From assembly GCA_963842525.1 (NCBI GenBank), contig CAWJGT010000009.1, positions 320,001-384,000 on the forward strand: 64,000 nucleotides of DNA, given 5' to 3'. Position numbers and translations under genes: made by a program. The notes under the pieces are model-generated. The model saw only the letters and a list, made by a program, of their open reading frames with translations, did no database searches and was not told where the DNA came from. This document shows, piece after piece, positions 42,065-53,070 of the stretch. Position 1 is the stretch's first letter; each line of letters begins with the position of its first letter. Source of the DNA: an uncultured Holophagales bacterium. GTDB lineage: Bacteria > Acidobacteriota > Thermoanaerobaculia > Multivoradales > UBA5704.

Positions 42065-42784
42065 ATGCGATGGGTGGCTTTGCTGTTCGTCCTGCTGGTC
42101 GCGGTGAGCGCTGGACCGGCCGCCGCAGGAACCTCGAAATCTTCAAATCCTGCCCTCACCAAAGACGAGACCCGCCGGGCCGAGCAGTGGCTCAAGGAAC
42201 TCGGCTTCTGGACAGGTCCCGTGGACGGCGTCTGGGACGGCGCCACGCGCCATGCCCTGGTCGCTTTTCAGAAGATCCAGGGAGCGAAGGCTACGGGGCG
42301 GCTGACCCGGGCCGAGTACAACGCCCTGTCGATGGCGGTGGCGCCGCGGCCCAGGCAGAAGAACGGGCCACACCTGGAGGTGGACCTCGCGCGGCAGGTC
42401 CTCTTCCTGGTCGACGCCGAGGGGAAGGTGGGCAACGTCCTGCCGATCTCCTCGGGCTCGGGCAAGCGCTTCTACGAGAACGGCTATCCGGAGACCCGGG
42501 CCATCACTCCCTGCGGCCGTCTGGAGGTCTACCAGAAGCTCTCCGGCTGGAAGACCAGCCCGCTGGGAGAGATGCACAACCCCATGTACATCGTGGGCGG
42601 CATCGCCATCCACGGCAGCCTGGACGTCCCGGCCTATCCGGCGAGCCACGGCTGCATCCGCATCCCGATGTTCGCCTCGAGCAGCCTGCCGAAGATGGTC
42701 CCGGTCGGCACCCCGGTCTACGTCTACGGCTGCAAGGACGAGGAGCCGAAGCCGGCGGCCGTGGCGGAGATCGCGCCGAAATAG
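42065..42784 (+). CDS. L,D-transpeptidase with a peptidoglycan-binding domain
   Basis: GPVDGVWDGATRHALVAFQK; AIHGS...ASHGCIR. Confidence 0.92.
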   Translation: MRWVALLFVLLVAVSAGPAAAGTSKSSNPALTKDETRRAEQWLKELGFWTGPVDGVWDGATRHALVAFQKIQGAKATGRLTRAEYNALSMAVAPRPRQKNGPHLEVDLARQVLFLVDAEGKVGNVLPISSGSGKRFYENGYPETRAITPCGRLEVYQKLSGWKTSPLGEMHNPMYIVGGIAIHGSLDVPAYPASHGCIRIPMFASSSLPKMVPVGTPVYVYGCKDEEPKPAAVAEIAPK

Positions 42785-42861
42785 ACCTCAAACCCATGCG
42801 AGACGGGAACATTTTTGCAACTCTTCCCGTCTAACATGGCAGAGGTTACCTCCTGGACATA

Positions 42862-42889
42862 GCCTCCGCTCCGGGCCCGGGGCGGAGGC
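42862..42889. terminator. Stem-loop between convergent genes
   Basis: gcctccgctccggg / cccggggcggaggc. Confidence 0.45.
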
Positions 42890-42899
42890 CGCCGCTCAC

Positions 42900-45657
42900 T
42901 CAGTTACCTCCAATCCCCTGCGCCAGGAGAGAGGCGGCATCCTCGAGGAGGATCTGCGCCGCCAGCGGGCTCACATGCTTCGGGCTCTGAGCCCGGACCT
43001 CGGCGACGAAGGCTCGCAGGATATTCCGGCTCGTCTCGGTCCGGCCCTGCTGCGCCGCCTTGGCTGCGGCCTCGACCTTTGCGATGAGCGACCGCGCGGT
43101 CCCCCCGGACCGGATCAGACCCTGCGCCTGCGCGTTCCGGACGTCCTCCAGCAGGCTCGCGAACGTGGCCGTCCGCACGAGGCGCGAGACGGCCCCCGGA
43201 GCCGTGCGGAGCCCGAGGTCGAAGGTCGAGAGCGAGCCCTCGCCGGCGATCCCGGGCAGCGAGAGCGGCGGCTGCGCGTCGCCGTTCTGGTCGAACGCGC
43301 GGATCGTCAGCGTGTACGGTCCCGGCCGCGATCCCGCGAGCCGGATGCGGTAGTCCCCCTCCATCGGCTGGAAGATCGACACCGAATGGGCGAGCCCGAA
43401 CGGCCGGTCTCCCGACTCCTCATCTTCCACTCCGTCCAGCTCGTGCGAGGAGGACGGGATCTCCTGCAGCGGCTCCCCGCCGTCCGAGTCCTCTCCGGTC
43501 CTCCGGCCGAGGACGTCGGTCACCAGGAGCCCCACCCGGTCCTGCACAGAGACGTTCAGCTCGCTGATGTCGTCCGGCGGGTCCACCACCGCGCCCACGG
43601 TCTCGTACTCCGGCTGCCCGAGGGCGTTGCGGTACTCGTCGAGCGTCTTGCGCGGGACTGCCCGCGGGTAGGGGTCGGTGACCAGGAAGCTCACGCTGCC
43701 GCCGGAGCTGACTTGCCGGCCGGTGACCAGGACGTAATGGCCCAGGGCGCCTGAGCTGTTGGGCACCTTGACGATCACCGGATACGGCGTGGGCCCGCAG
43801 AGCGCATCCTCCAGGACCTTCTCCGCGCCTGCCGGATCGCGCAGCGAATTCCTGCTGCCGCCGAGGCTCGAGAGCTTGAAGAGCCGCAGGCCGGGATCGG
43901 TCTGGGCCCGCGAGAGGTCCCGCGTGGTATTGGCGAAATGGACCCCATGGGTCGCGGGATCGAAATCCCCCGGGTGGGTCTTCATGAACTGATTGAGCGC
44001 GCTCGGATCGATGGGGATGCCCGCGAAGGTGAGGGCCATGGCCAGCGAGGTCAGCGCGCAGCCGAGGTCGCCGATCGTGCACTCGTGGGAATCGGCCGCG
44101 GTGCAGGCCGTCGCCGGGCAGTGGTCGTAGTGCTCGCAGCTCCAGCGCGGATCCCGCTGCGACAGAGGCTGGACGTCCACCGAGCAGCCGTCGCCCAGGC
44201 CGGCGGCGTAGAGCTCGGGTATCCCCCGCGTATCCTGATCGGCAAGGTAGACCACGTGCCGGCCGTCGCCGGTGAGGGCATACCGCTGGATGCGGCCTCC
44301 AGCGACAAGCGGGCCGTTGAGGCGGGCGGGCGTCCCGCCGAGTACTGATACCTGGAAGAGCTCTGGCACGGAGGGGGTAGCATTCGCCGCCAGGTAGACG
44401 GCGGTTCTGCCGTCGGGCGTGAGTTGGAATTCGCGCACAATGTCGAAGCCGGCGAGCGGATGGCTGATCCGTATCGCGGTGCCCCTGGCGATCGGCACGC
44501 TGAAGAGGTCCTGATCGACATAGACCACCCGAGAGCTGTCGGCGGTGACGGACACGCGGCTCGGCCCCTCGCTGACAGGGGGGCCGCTCAACAGAACGGA
44601 GGGCCCTCCGGCGATGGGTATGTTGTAGAGCTCTTTGCGGGGATCGGAATCCCGGTTGGCCAGGTAGAGCACGGACGAGGAATCGGGGCTGATGAGGAAT
44701 GTGGTGAGCTGTGGCCCCTCCGCCAGCAGAATGGGCGGGCCGCCGGCCAGCGGAACGCTGTAGAGATGCTCGCTGTTGAGCACGAGCCACGCGCCGTCAG
44801 GGCTGATGGGGAGGATGGGAGCCCAGACCTGACCCAGGGGGAGCGCGGTCCCGCCCTGGACCGGCACGATGAAGGCATCGATGAAGCTGGCGATGTAGAC
44901 CACGCGGCCGCCGTCCGGCGTAAAGGTGAAACCTTGCAGGCTGCTGTCTCCGGGGTGGAGCACCACCGGCGGGCCGCCGGTCACCGGCACGCTGTAGAGG
45001 GCCTGGTGGGGAGAGATCCGGCCATCGTAGAGGATGTGACGGCCGTCGGCACCGAGGTGCAGATTGAACCAGCCGCCGCCGACGAACACCGGTCCGCTCA
45101 GGGCGAGGACGGTGCCGCCGCCCAGGAGCGGCTCGCTGAAGATCTCGCGGACCTTGCCGAAGTTGGGTCCGGTGATTCGCTCATAGACCACATGCGCGCT
45201 GTCCGCGGTGATCGCAAGGCTCGTGACGCCTCCGCCCGGCGGACCCTGGAGCTTCGACGGAGTCTCCTCCTTCCAGCGCGACTCGGAACACGCCGGTGCC
45301 GCCGCCCACCTTGGGAGCGACATGGACGACCCAGCGGCTGTCCGGGCTGATGGTGAAGATCGAGACGCCGCCGCCCGCGGGCAGCGGCCCGTTGAGCTTC
45401 ACGGGCTCACCGCCGTCCGGCGGTACGCTGAACAGCTCGGGGCTGCCCGCCGTCTCCTGGTCGGCTGCGTAGACGACCCGCCGGCCGTCCGGGCTCATCT
45501 GGAAGCCGAACGATACGCGACCCCCTGGAGGCAGCGGCCCGTTGAGCTTGCGCGGCGAGCTTGCGGCGGCTGCCCAGGCTGCAGGGCAGCAAGCGAGAAC
45601 GACGAGGCAGAAGGCGATTGCGGTCAGGGCTGAAAACGAGAAGCGGTGAGTATGCAT
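42900..45657 (-). CDS. Secreted beta-propeller + C39-like cysteine peptidase + FIMAH-like protein (frameshift near 45270)
   Basis: Signal peptide; repeated SPDG.RVVY...LFSVP..GG blades; QRDPRW...GCALTSLAM...GHYVLVTG...TDP. Confidence 0.75.
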
Positions 45658-45729
45658 GGTCTCCCTCGGACATCCGGCGAGAAAGGCTCGGGGTCCGGCG
45701 GGACACAGACACACTCTGCGGCGCTTTGT

Positions 45730-45927
45730 TCAGACGGGCTTGTCGTCTTCGGCCCGCTCCCCACCGCCGCGCAGCTTCCGCGGCGCCCGGCCCTCCTGGC
45801 GCAGGGCGCGCACGAGGAGGAACTCGATCTGCGCGTTGACGCTGCGCAGGTCGTCGCCGGCCCAGACCCGGAGGGCCTCGTAGACCTCCGGGTCCAGCCG
45901 CAGCGGGTAATTCTTCCGGTCGGCCAA
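45730..45927 (-). CDS. Arc/RHH DNA-binding protein
   Basis: RKNYPLRLDPEVYEALRVWAGDDLRSVNAQIEFLL; usual partner of this SPFH family. Confidence 0.85.
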   Translation of the reverse strand: MADRKNYPLRLDPEVYEALRVWAGDDLRSVNAQIEFLLVRALRQEGRAPRKLRGGGERAEDDKPV

Positions 45928-45934
45928 GCGTCCC

Positions 45935-46804
45935 TCAGTGATACAGGCTGCCCGCGTTGATCACCGGCTGCGGGTGACGGTCGCCGCAGAGCACCACCAG
46001 GAGGTTGCTGACCATGGCCGCCTTGCGTTCGCCGTCGAGCTCGACGACCCCTCTTTCAGCCAGCATCTCGAGCGCGTGCTCGACCATGCCGACCGCGCCC
46101 TCGACGATCTTGAAGCGGGCGGCCACCACGGCGCTCGCCTGCTGGCGCTGGAGCATCGCCGCCGCGATCTCGGGCGAGTAGGCGAGGTGGCTGATGCGGG
46201 CTTCGAGGACGTCGACGCCCGCCTGCTCCAGCCGGTCCTGGATCTCGCCGCGGAGCTGCCCCGAGATCTCGGCCGTGTGGCTCGACAGCGACATTTCACC
46301 CTCCGTCTCGGGCACATAGGCGTAGTGCGTGGCCAGGTTGCGCAGGGCCGCCTCGCTCTGCACGTGGACGAAGTTGATGTAGTCGTCCACGTTGAACAGC
46401 GCCTCGGCGGTGTCCACCACCTTCCACACCACCACGGTCGCGATCTCGATCGGGTTGGCGCTCCGGTCGTTGACCTTGAGCTTGCCCGTCTCGAAGTTGC
46501 GCGTGCGGACCGAGACCTTCCTCTTGCTGTAGAAGGGGTTGGCCCACCGCAGGCCGGCCTTGTGGGCGGTGCCCACGTACTCGCCGAAGAGCTGCAGCAC
46601 CTTGCTCTCGTTCGGATTGACCAGGAACAGCCCGCACAGGCCGAAGATCGTGGCGATCATCAACACGATGCTGCCGCCGACGCCCCAGCCGCTGCCCGCC
46701 CGGATCGCCAGGACGAGGCAGAGAATCGATAACAGGAACAGGACGAGGAACACCAACAACCAGGGGATGCCTGAGCTGCCGTTGGACTCCTTCTCGCGGA
46801 TCAT
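45935..46804 (-). CDS. SPFH/band 7 domain membrane protein
   Basis: KLKVND...[34 protein letters not shown]. Confidence 0.93.
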   Translation of the reverse strand: MIREKESNGSSGIPWLLVFLVLFLLSILCLVLAIRAGSGWGVGGSIVLMIATIFGLCGLFLVNPNESKVLQLFGEYVGTAHKAGLRWANPFYSKRKVSVRTRNFETGKLKVNDRSANPIEIATVVVWKVVDTAEALFNVDDYINFVHVQSEAALRNLATHYAYVPETEGEMSLSSHTAEISGQLRGEIQDRLEQAGVDVLEARISHLAYSPEIAAAMLQRQQASAVVAARFKIVEGAVGMVEHALEMLAERGVVELDGERKAAMVSNLLVVLCGDRHPQPVINAGSLYH

Positions 46805-47027
46805 GGTTCGGTTTCTCCCTTCGGTCGATACCAGAGTGATATCACTCTGATCTCGTCTACGCAAGAGGGGGCAGGAAGTTGCGTGACGCCGGGTCAGGGC
46901 GCGGCGCCCCTTCCTGGAGTGTGTCTCTGAAGTCTCCGTGAGAGGGCATCCGTCCTGGAAGCCCGGCGACCGGGACCCGCCGTTCCCAGCGACCGGGACC
47001 GCGAGCCGCGCCGGCTCCAGCGAGGCC

Positions 47028-47328
47028 GCTCCGCAAAACCAGTGTCAGCTCGCACTGGGCCAGCGTCCCGGGACACTGGCCCAGCGTACGCTCCGCAACG
47101 CCAGCGTGAGCTCACACTGGAGCAATGTCCCGGGACACTGGCCCAGCGTGTGCTCCGCAAAGCCAGCGTGAGCTACACTGGCGCAGTGTCCCGAGACGCT
47201 GGCCCAGCGTGCGCTCCGCAACGCCAGCGTGGCTCACACTGGAGCAATGTCCCGGGACACTGGCCCAGCGTGTGCTCCGCAAAGCCAGCGTGAGCTCACA
47301 TTAGAGCAGTGTCTCGGGGCGCTGGCCC
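47028..47328. repeat. Tandem array of about five 61-62-bp units with internal palindromes
   Basis: gctccgcaa at 47028, 47090, 47152, 47213, 47274; palindromes gtgagctcac and tgtcccgggaca. Confidence 0.9.
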
Positions 47329-47367
47329 ATCCGTACGGGCGGCAGCGAGCGGCTTCAATGCAGGAGA

Positions 47368-48063
47368 TCAGTGCCGGTCTTCCAGGACGTAGCGCCAGTT
47401 GCCACCATGCGTCCGAAGGCGGAGCAGCCGGAACCGGCCGCCGAGCACTGACGAAGGCGTCCAACCGTCAGCGTCCGGCGGGACGGCGGCGTAGGCGTCG
47501 CCGCGGAGGGTGAAGATCTCGAACCTCAAATCCCCGCGAGCATCGACGAGCCAGTGCTCGGGGATCTCGGCCCTGGCATAGCGAGGAGGAAGGAGCACGG
47601 TGTCCTTCCGCACCGAGCTGTTGCTCACGACCTCGACGACCAGGTCGGGCGAGCCGTCCACGGTCGGAACGAGGTCGGGGCTCCGCTGCGCGGGGAGGAA
47701 TCGTGCCCGCCCGCTGTCGAAGGTATCCCAGAGGGCGACCAGGATGTCCGGCTCGGCCGACAGGCCAGCGTGGGCATTGGTGAGCCGGGTTCGATCGCTG
47801 TAGACCTCCCCGCGGTCCTGCTCCGAAACCACGATCTGCAGAGTCTTCGAGACCGCCACCTTGACGATCGAATGGCTCCGCGGCTCCTCCGGGCTCATGT
47901 CCACCTCCACCTCGCCTGCCAGGAAATCGATGCGCCCGGATTCGGGAAAGTCGTCGGACTCCATCCAGCGCTGGAAACCCTCGAAGGTGAGGGCGCCCAT
48001 CGGGACATGGACCCGCTCCTCGTCGTGGTCGTAAGCGGGGGCGTATGCATGTGCCATGGTCAA
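47368..48063 (-). CDS. Uma2-family endonuclease
   Basis: EPDI, PDLVVEVVSNSSVRKD, YARAEIPEHWLVD. Confidence 0.9.
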   Translation of the reverse strand: MTMAHAYAPAYDHDEERVHVPMGALTFEGFQRWMESDDFPESGRIDFLAGEVEVDMSPEEPRSHSIVKVAVSKTLQIVVSEQDRGEVYSDRTRLTNAHAGLSAEPDILVALWDTFDSGRARFLPAQRSPDLVPTVDGSPDLVVEVVSNSSVRKDTVLLPPRYARAEIPEHWLVDARGDLRFEIFTLRGDAYAAVPPDADGWTPSSVLGGRFRLLRLRTHGGNWRYVLEDRH

Positions 48064-48076
48064 ATCCTACCGCTTC

Positions 48077-48781
48077 CTACCGCTGGTCGAGGTCCCGGTG
48101 CTCCAGGACATAGCGCCAGCTACCGTGAGGCGTGCGGTGCCGGACCAGCCGGAATCGCAGTCCGAGCCGAGGCGACGGCGTCCAGCCATCCGGGTCGGGA
48201 GGTACAGCGACGTACTCACCCTCCTGCAGGGTGAGGATCTGGAAGTGGTGCAACCCGACCCGGGCGTCCGCGAGCCAGTACTCGGGAATGCCGGCTCGGG
48301 CATAGAGGCGGCGGAGAACCTCGGTGTCCTTGCGGACTGAGCTGAAGCTCATCACCTCGACGACCAGGTCGGGCGAGCCTTCAAGAGCTGGTGTGAGGTC
48401 CGGATTGCTGCTTCCAGGGACATAGCGGACCCGGCCTCGCTCGAAGGTCTCGGAAAAGACAACCATGACGTCCGGCTCCGTCGACAGCCCGGCCTGAGGA
48501 TGGATGAGCCGTGTGCTGTCGCTATACACCTCTCCGAGATTCGCGTGCGACACCACAATCTGCAGACCTGTCGAAATCGCAACCTTGACAACGGAATGGC
48601 TCTTCGCATCCTCCGGGCTCAAATCCACCTCCACCTTGCCTGCCAGGAAATCGATCCGCCCGGATTCGGGGAACTCGTCGGACTCCATCCAGCGCTGGAA
48701 ACCCTCGAAGGTGAAGGCGTCCATCGGGACATGGACCCGCTCCTCGTCGTGGTCGTAAGCGGGGGCGTATGCGTGTGCCAT
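48077..48781 (-). CDS. Uma2-family endonuclease, tandem paralogue
   Basis: Near-identical N-terminus to 47368..48063; PDLVVEVMSFSSVRKD, YARAGIPEYW. Confidence 0.9.
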   Translation of the reverse strand: MAHAYAPAYDHDEERVHVPMDAFTFEGFQRWMESDEFPESGRIDFLAGKVEVDLSPEDAKSHSVVKVAISTGLQIVVSHANLGEVYSDSTRLIHPQAGLSTEPDVMVVFSETFERGRVRYVPGSSNPDLTPALEGSPDLVVEVMSFSSVRKDTEVLRRLYARAGIPEYWLADARVGLHHFQILTLQEGEYVAVPPDPDGWTPSPRLGLRFRLVRHRTPHGSWRYVLEHRDLDQR

Positions 48782-48909
48782 GGTTAAATCCTACCGCCGG
48801 CCGGCTCGGGAGCGTTACCCGATCCGCGCGTCGCTTCTGTCATCCTGCGGCAGTACGTCCTTGCGTGTCAAGAGCGCGGAAGCCCGCTCCTCGCTACCGC
48901 CAGATTGCG

Positions 48910-49338
48910 TTAAGCCGGGTCCCGTAACCCGAAGACTTCGAGGATCCGCCGGCTGAAGGCTCGCAGGTCTCCGAGGTGATGCTGAACGATCGCTTCCACG
49001 ATAGCGGGATCGACGGTCTCATACTCGTGGACTGCGATGTTGCGGAAGCCCACCATCTTTCGCAGATGGACCGCGAGCGCGGGATCGACGATGCCTCTCT
49101 TCTCAAGGAGAGTGAAGACCGCCGCCTGCGAGTCGGGAGGTCCATAGTCCTCCGCCGTCACGACGTGGTTCGCCAGATCGATCGCGGCCTGAATGGCCTT
49201 TTGTAGATTGTGGAGGGTGATGTCCTCGACGTCGGCAGGCAGGAGCTCGGCTCGCCGGGCGCCATGAACTTCAGTGATGCGGTCCAGGCAATGCTCGATG
49301 ACCGCGATCTTCCCCGTTACGACCTCACGGTCGACCAC
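48910..49338 (-). CDS. HepT-like (DUF86) HEPN RNase toxin
   Basis: MVGFRNIAVHEY RX4H motif. Confidence 0.9.
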   Translation of the reverse strand: MVDREVVTGKIAVIEHCLDRITEVHGARRAELLPADVEDITLHNLQKAIQAAIDLANHVVTAEDYGPPDSQAAVFTLLEKRGIVDPALAVHLRKMVGFRNIAVHEYETVDPAIVEAIVQHHLGDLRAFSRRILEVFGLRDPA

Positions 49339-49732
49339 CGGCCACCCTTTCAAGGAGCCTCTTCTCGGAGCCACGGCGCAGGATCTTCAGGTCCTCGTAG
49401 AGGCTCCGGGTACGGACGACGAACGCGATCCGCCGCCTGGGGTCGCGGTCGAGCAGGAGGCGGCCATGCTTCAAGACCTGCATGGCGAGGATCGGCGAGG
49501 CCCGGTCGAGGTCCACCAGATCCACCTCCCGGCCGAGGATCTCCTCCAGATCACCCCGCGCGCCGAGGACAGCCAGAGGCTGCGGACGCGTTCGGAAAAG
49601 CGCGGCGAGATCGATGTCCGAGTCCGGACGTGCTCTCCCGTGGGCCTCCGAGCCGAAGACCCAGAGGGTGTCCAACCCGAAATGTTCTTCCAGGAAGTCC
49701 TCTGCCTGCTGGAGCTTGGCGCTCGCGATCAT
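49325..49732 (-). CDS. MntA-like minimal nucleotidyltransferase antitoxin
   Basis: FGSEAHGRARPDSDIDL (GSX10DXD), VDLVDL. Confidence 0.9.
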   Translation of the reverse strand: MIASAKLQQAEDFLEEHFGLDTLWVFGSEAHGRARPDSDIDLAALFRTRPQPLAVLGARGDLEEILGREVDLVDLDRASPILAMQVLKHGRLLLDRDPRRRIAFVVRTRSLYEDLKILRRGSEKRLLERVAGGRP

Positions 49733-49883
49733 GTCTGCATGCTAGCAGAAGCGTGCCCGGCAGCTTGGGGTGCATAGCCGGCTGAGCAGCTAGTTCTGTA
49801 GCTCATTCTTTCGGAAACCGACCGGTCCTGGCCCTTCGATTCCCTCTCAGGCCCACCTTCCCGCGTAGCTTCCGCATTCGTTC

Positions 49884-49912
49884 TTGACGTACCGTTTCTT
49901 CTGCACTACGCT
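49884..49912 (+). promoter_or_regulatory. sigma70-like promoter of the vapBC-like pair (probably leaderless)
   Basis: TTGACG-N17-TACGCT, ATG 7 nt downstream. Confidence 0.55.
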
Positions 49913-49919
49913 GTCGTAC

Positions 49920-50207
49920 ATGCCGAAGACGGAGGTATATAGCTGGCGCCTGTCTCACCACCTGAAGTCCGAGCTCGAGGAGGCGGCGAGGGCCGAGGAG
50001 AAGAGCCTGGCAGAGCTTCTCGAGGAGATCGCCCGAAACTGGCTCGAGCGTGCGCGGACTCTGGGCGGAAACGAGGAGGAGCGCCAAGAGCGCCTGCGAG
50101 CTGCCGGGGCGAAGTTTGTGGGGTCGATCCAGGGCGACGACCCCGGGCTTGCCGAAAACGCCCGATCCGAAGTCCGCGCCCGGATCGCGCGCCGCCATGG
50201 CCGGTGA
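49920..50207 (+). CDS. RHH-type antitoxin
   Basis: MPKTEVYSWRLSHHLKSELEEAARAEEKSLAELLEEI; overlaps the PIN gene. Confidence 0.75.
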   Translation: MPKTEVYSWRLSHHLKSELEEAARAEEKSLAELLEEIARNWLERARTLGGNEEERQERLRAAGAKFVGSIQGDDPGLAENARSEVRARIARRHGR

Positions 50208-50625
50208 CCTGCGGCCTCGCGGCCTTATCGATACCGGCGCCATCCTGGCCCTGTTGCATGGCAACGACCGTTGGCACCGGCGTTGTGCCGAAGCCTATGC
50301 AACCCTCTCTTTGCCGCTGGCCACCTCCGCGGCAGTCCTTGCCGAGCTCTTCCACCTTCTGGATCACCCGAGGAAGGCATCTGCCGCCTGGGGGTTCCTC
50401 CGTTCGAGCGCGGTGACAGTGCTTCCAATCGGAGATGACGATCTGCCCGGCCTCGAAGAGTTGATGCACCAGTACAGCGATCGGCCGATGGACTTTGCGG
50501 ATGCCACCCTGGTCCACCTTGCGAGGAGGGAAGGTTTGACGACGATCTTCACGGTGGACAACGACGATTTCGAAACCTACCGTATCGAAGGTAAGCGCCG
50601 TTTCCGCATCGTGCCGGGCCGGTAG
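50197..50625 (+). CDS. VapC-like PIN toxin
   Basis: LIDTGAILAL, VLAE, MDFADATLV, TVDNDDF. Confidence 0.9.
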   Translation: MAGDLRPRGLIDTGAILALLHGNDRWHRRCAEAYATLSLPLATSAAVLAELFHLLDHPRKASAAWGFLRSSAVTVLPIGDDDLPGLEELMHQYSDRPMDFADATLVHLARREGLTTIFTVDNDDFETYRIEGKRRFRIVPGR

Positions 50626-50639
50626 GAGCTGCCGGCCTC

Positions 50640-53070
50640 TCAATCCCACTTCCGCAGGCTCAGTACGCGGAAGAACTCCTCCGCCACCTCGGCCGGCTCG
50701 CCCACCAGCGCTCCCGCCCCTTCCTCCGGCAGCCAGTCGGGTGGGAGGTGATGGCGGTAGGGGGCATGGAGGAAGCGCTGGTCGAAGAGGGCGATGACTC
50801 CGGTGTCCTGCGGGGAGCGGATGAGGCGGCCGGCGGCCTGGACGACTCTCGTCATGCCGGGGACCACGAAGGCGTATTCGAAGCCGCGGTTGAAGCGCTC
50901 CTCGTAGTAGCGCTTGAGGAGCTCCTGCTCCAGGGTCAGCGCGGGCAGGCAGGGGCCGACGACCGCCACGGCCTTCAGGACCTCGCCGGGATAGTCCACC
51001 CCTTCGGCGAAGACGCCTCCGGCGACAGCGACCAGGAGGATGTCGCCGAAGACGGCCGAGCGGAGGGACACTGGAGGATCAGCTCGCGCTCCTTGTCGCT
51101 GTCCGCCTGCTTCTGGACCAGGACCCTCTTGTTGCGCAGGCGCAGGCGGCCGGTCACCTCGGAGAGGAAGCCGTAGCTCGGGAAGAGCGCCAGGCAGTTG
51201 CCCGGCACGGCGTCGGCGAAGGCGGCGAGGCGCTCGGCGATGCGGTCGTAGTTGGACGGCCGCTGCCTCCAGGTGGTCTCGACCGTCGGATCGATCACCA
51301 CCCGGCGGTTCTCCGGCGGGAAGGGGTTCGGGATCTCGACGAAGGCGGTGCGGCCGGCCTCGAAGCCCAGGAGGCCGGTGTAGAACTCCGGCGGCGAGAG
51401 GGTCGCCGACAAGCCGACCGCCGCGTGGGTGCGCTTCAGGATGTCGCCCAGGAAGCGGCTCGGGTCCTTGCAGAGGATCTTGAGACGCGCGTCCCCCCGC
51501 CGCAGCTCGGCGCAATGGCTGAAGGCGCGCGTCCGACACCGCGAGGCCGTTCAGGAAGCGCAGGAAATTGAAATAAAGATTGACGAAGGGGTCGTCCGGC
51601 CGGAAGGTATGGGTCTCACGCTGGTATTCCAGGTAGTCGACGAACACGGCGTCGAGCTCGGGGCGGAGGCGCCAGAAGTGGTCTTCCTGGATCGGATACT
51701 CGACGGCCCGGTCGTTGCCGGGGCCCTCCTCCATGGCGTCCTCGACGGCGTTTTCGATGAGCTGCGCCAGGGTGAGGCAGAGGGCCTGGATGCGGAAGTA
51801 GATCGGGGCGCCGCCGTGGCGCGCCGCCTCGGCGGCCCGGCGGGCGTCGGCCGCCGAAAGCTCCGGGCTGTAGTAGCCGCGCCCGCGGTCCACCAGGTTG
51901 TGCACCTCGTCGACGATGAGGATGGTGTCCGACAGGTCCTGGTCCGGCCCGAAGGCAGTGAGCGAGACGTAGGGGTCGAAGGCGTAGTTGTAATCGCAGA
52001 TCGTGACCTGGACCCGGTTGGAAAGCTCCAGGCTCGACCTCGAAGGGGCAGACCTCGGAGGCCTTGGCCGCGGCGAAGACGTCGTCCGGCGCGATGGACC
52101 GGAACGACTCCCAGAGGCGGGGGAGGATGCCCGAGGTGACGAGCTTCAAGCCGTAATCCTTGGCGTAGCGGCAGTACTCCTCGTGGCAGAGGATCTGGTC
52201 GTTGGCGCACATCTTGGACTTGGCCCGCAGGCGCAGCGACCGGAAGGCCCCCTGCTGGTTGAGCAGGTCGAGCACCGCCGTGGCCATCTCCTGCTGGGTG
52301 GTCTTGGCGGTGAGGACGAAGAGCCGCTTGTCGTGGGCGAGGGCGTACTTCAAGGCCGGGTAGAGCGCCGCCACGGTCTTGCCGATGCCGGTGGTCGCCT
52401 GGAGCAGCAGGTGCTCGCGGTTGGCCACCGCGGTCTCGACCGCGGCAAGGATCAGGTCCTGCCCGGGACGGACCTCGCCGTAGGGGAAGACGAGGCGCTC
52501 GGCCGCCTCCTGCCGCTCGCGCCGCCGCTGGCGCTCGGACTCCCAGGCGTGGAGCAGCCCGTTCAGCCGCCGGTGGACGGAGACCTCCAGCAGGTGGAGG
52601 TCGATCGCCAGCTCCTCGCGCTCGACGTCGTCGCTGCCGATGGCAATCAGCACCAGCTCGGCGCGGACCGGGGCTTTCTCGGCGCGGCCGAGCATCCAGG
52701 CATAGAGGATGGCCTGGCGCTGGTACATCTCGCGGACCGGCGGCGGCAGGGCGCCGCCGCGGCGGACCGATTTGATCTCTTCGACGACCAGGGCGCCGTC
52801 GGGCTCCCTGCGCAGCCCGTCGATCCGGCCGTGGACGGTGACGGTCCAGCCCCGGTGCTCGAAGGTATGGCGGACCACGACCTCGCGGCGGTAGGTCGGG
52901 TCCTTTTCGAGGGCCTGCTCCTGGTAGCGGCCGTGGATTGCTTGGCCGAGCCACAGCCGCTCGTAGCCGCCGCGGTTGGCGAACCCCAGGCTACGCGTCA
53001 TCGGCGCATCCAGAAGGTCGGCAACCGACACGTCCAGGGTGAGGGTCTCGGGGTCGAAACGCGGCGCCAT
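50640..53070 (-). CDS. DinG/Rad3-family Fe-S helicase with an N-terminal PD-(D/E)XK (Cas4-like) domain; about three frameshifts
   Basis: GRIDG...EEIKS...QAILY; TGIGKT; CPFE; DEVHNL; FAEGVDY; QAAGRLIR. Confidence 0.88.

Noticed and set aside
47028-47328. Possible CRISPR array
   Set aside because: Whole units repeat with no unique spacers, and there is no cas operon; the nearby Cas4-like domain is part of a helicase.
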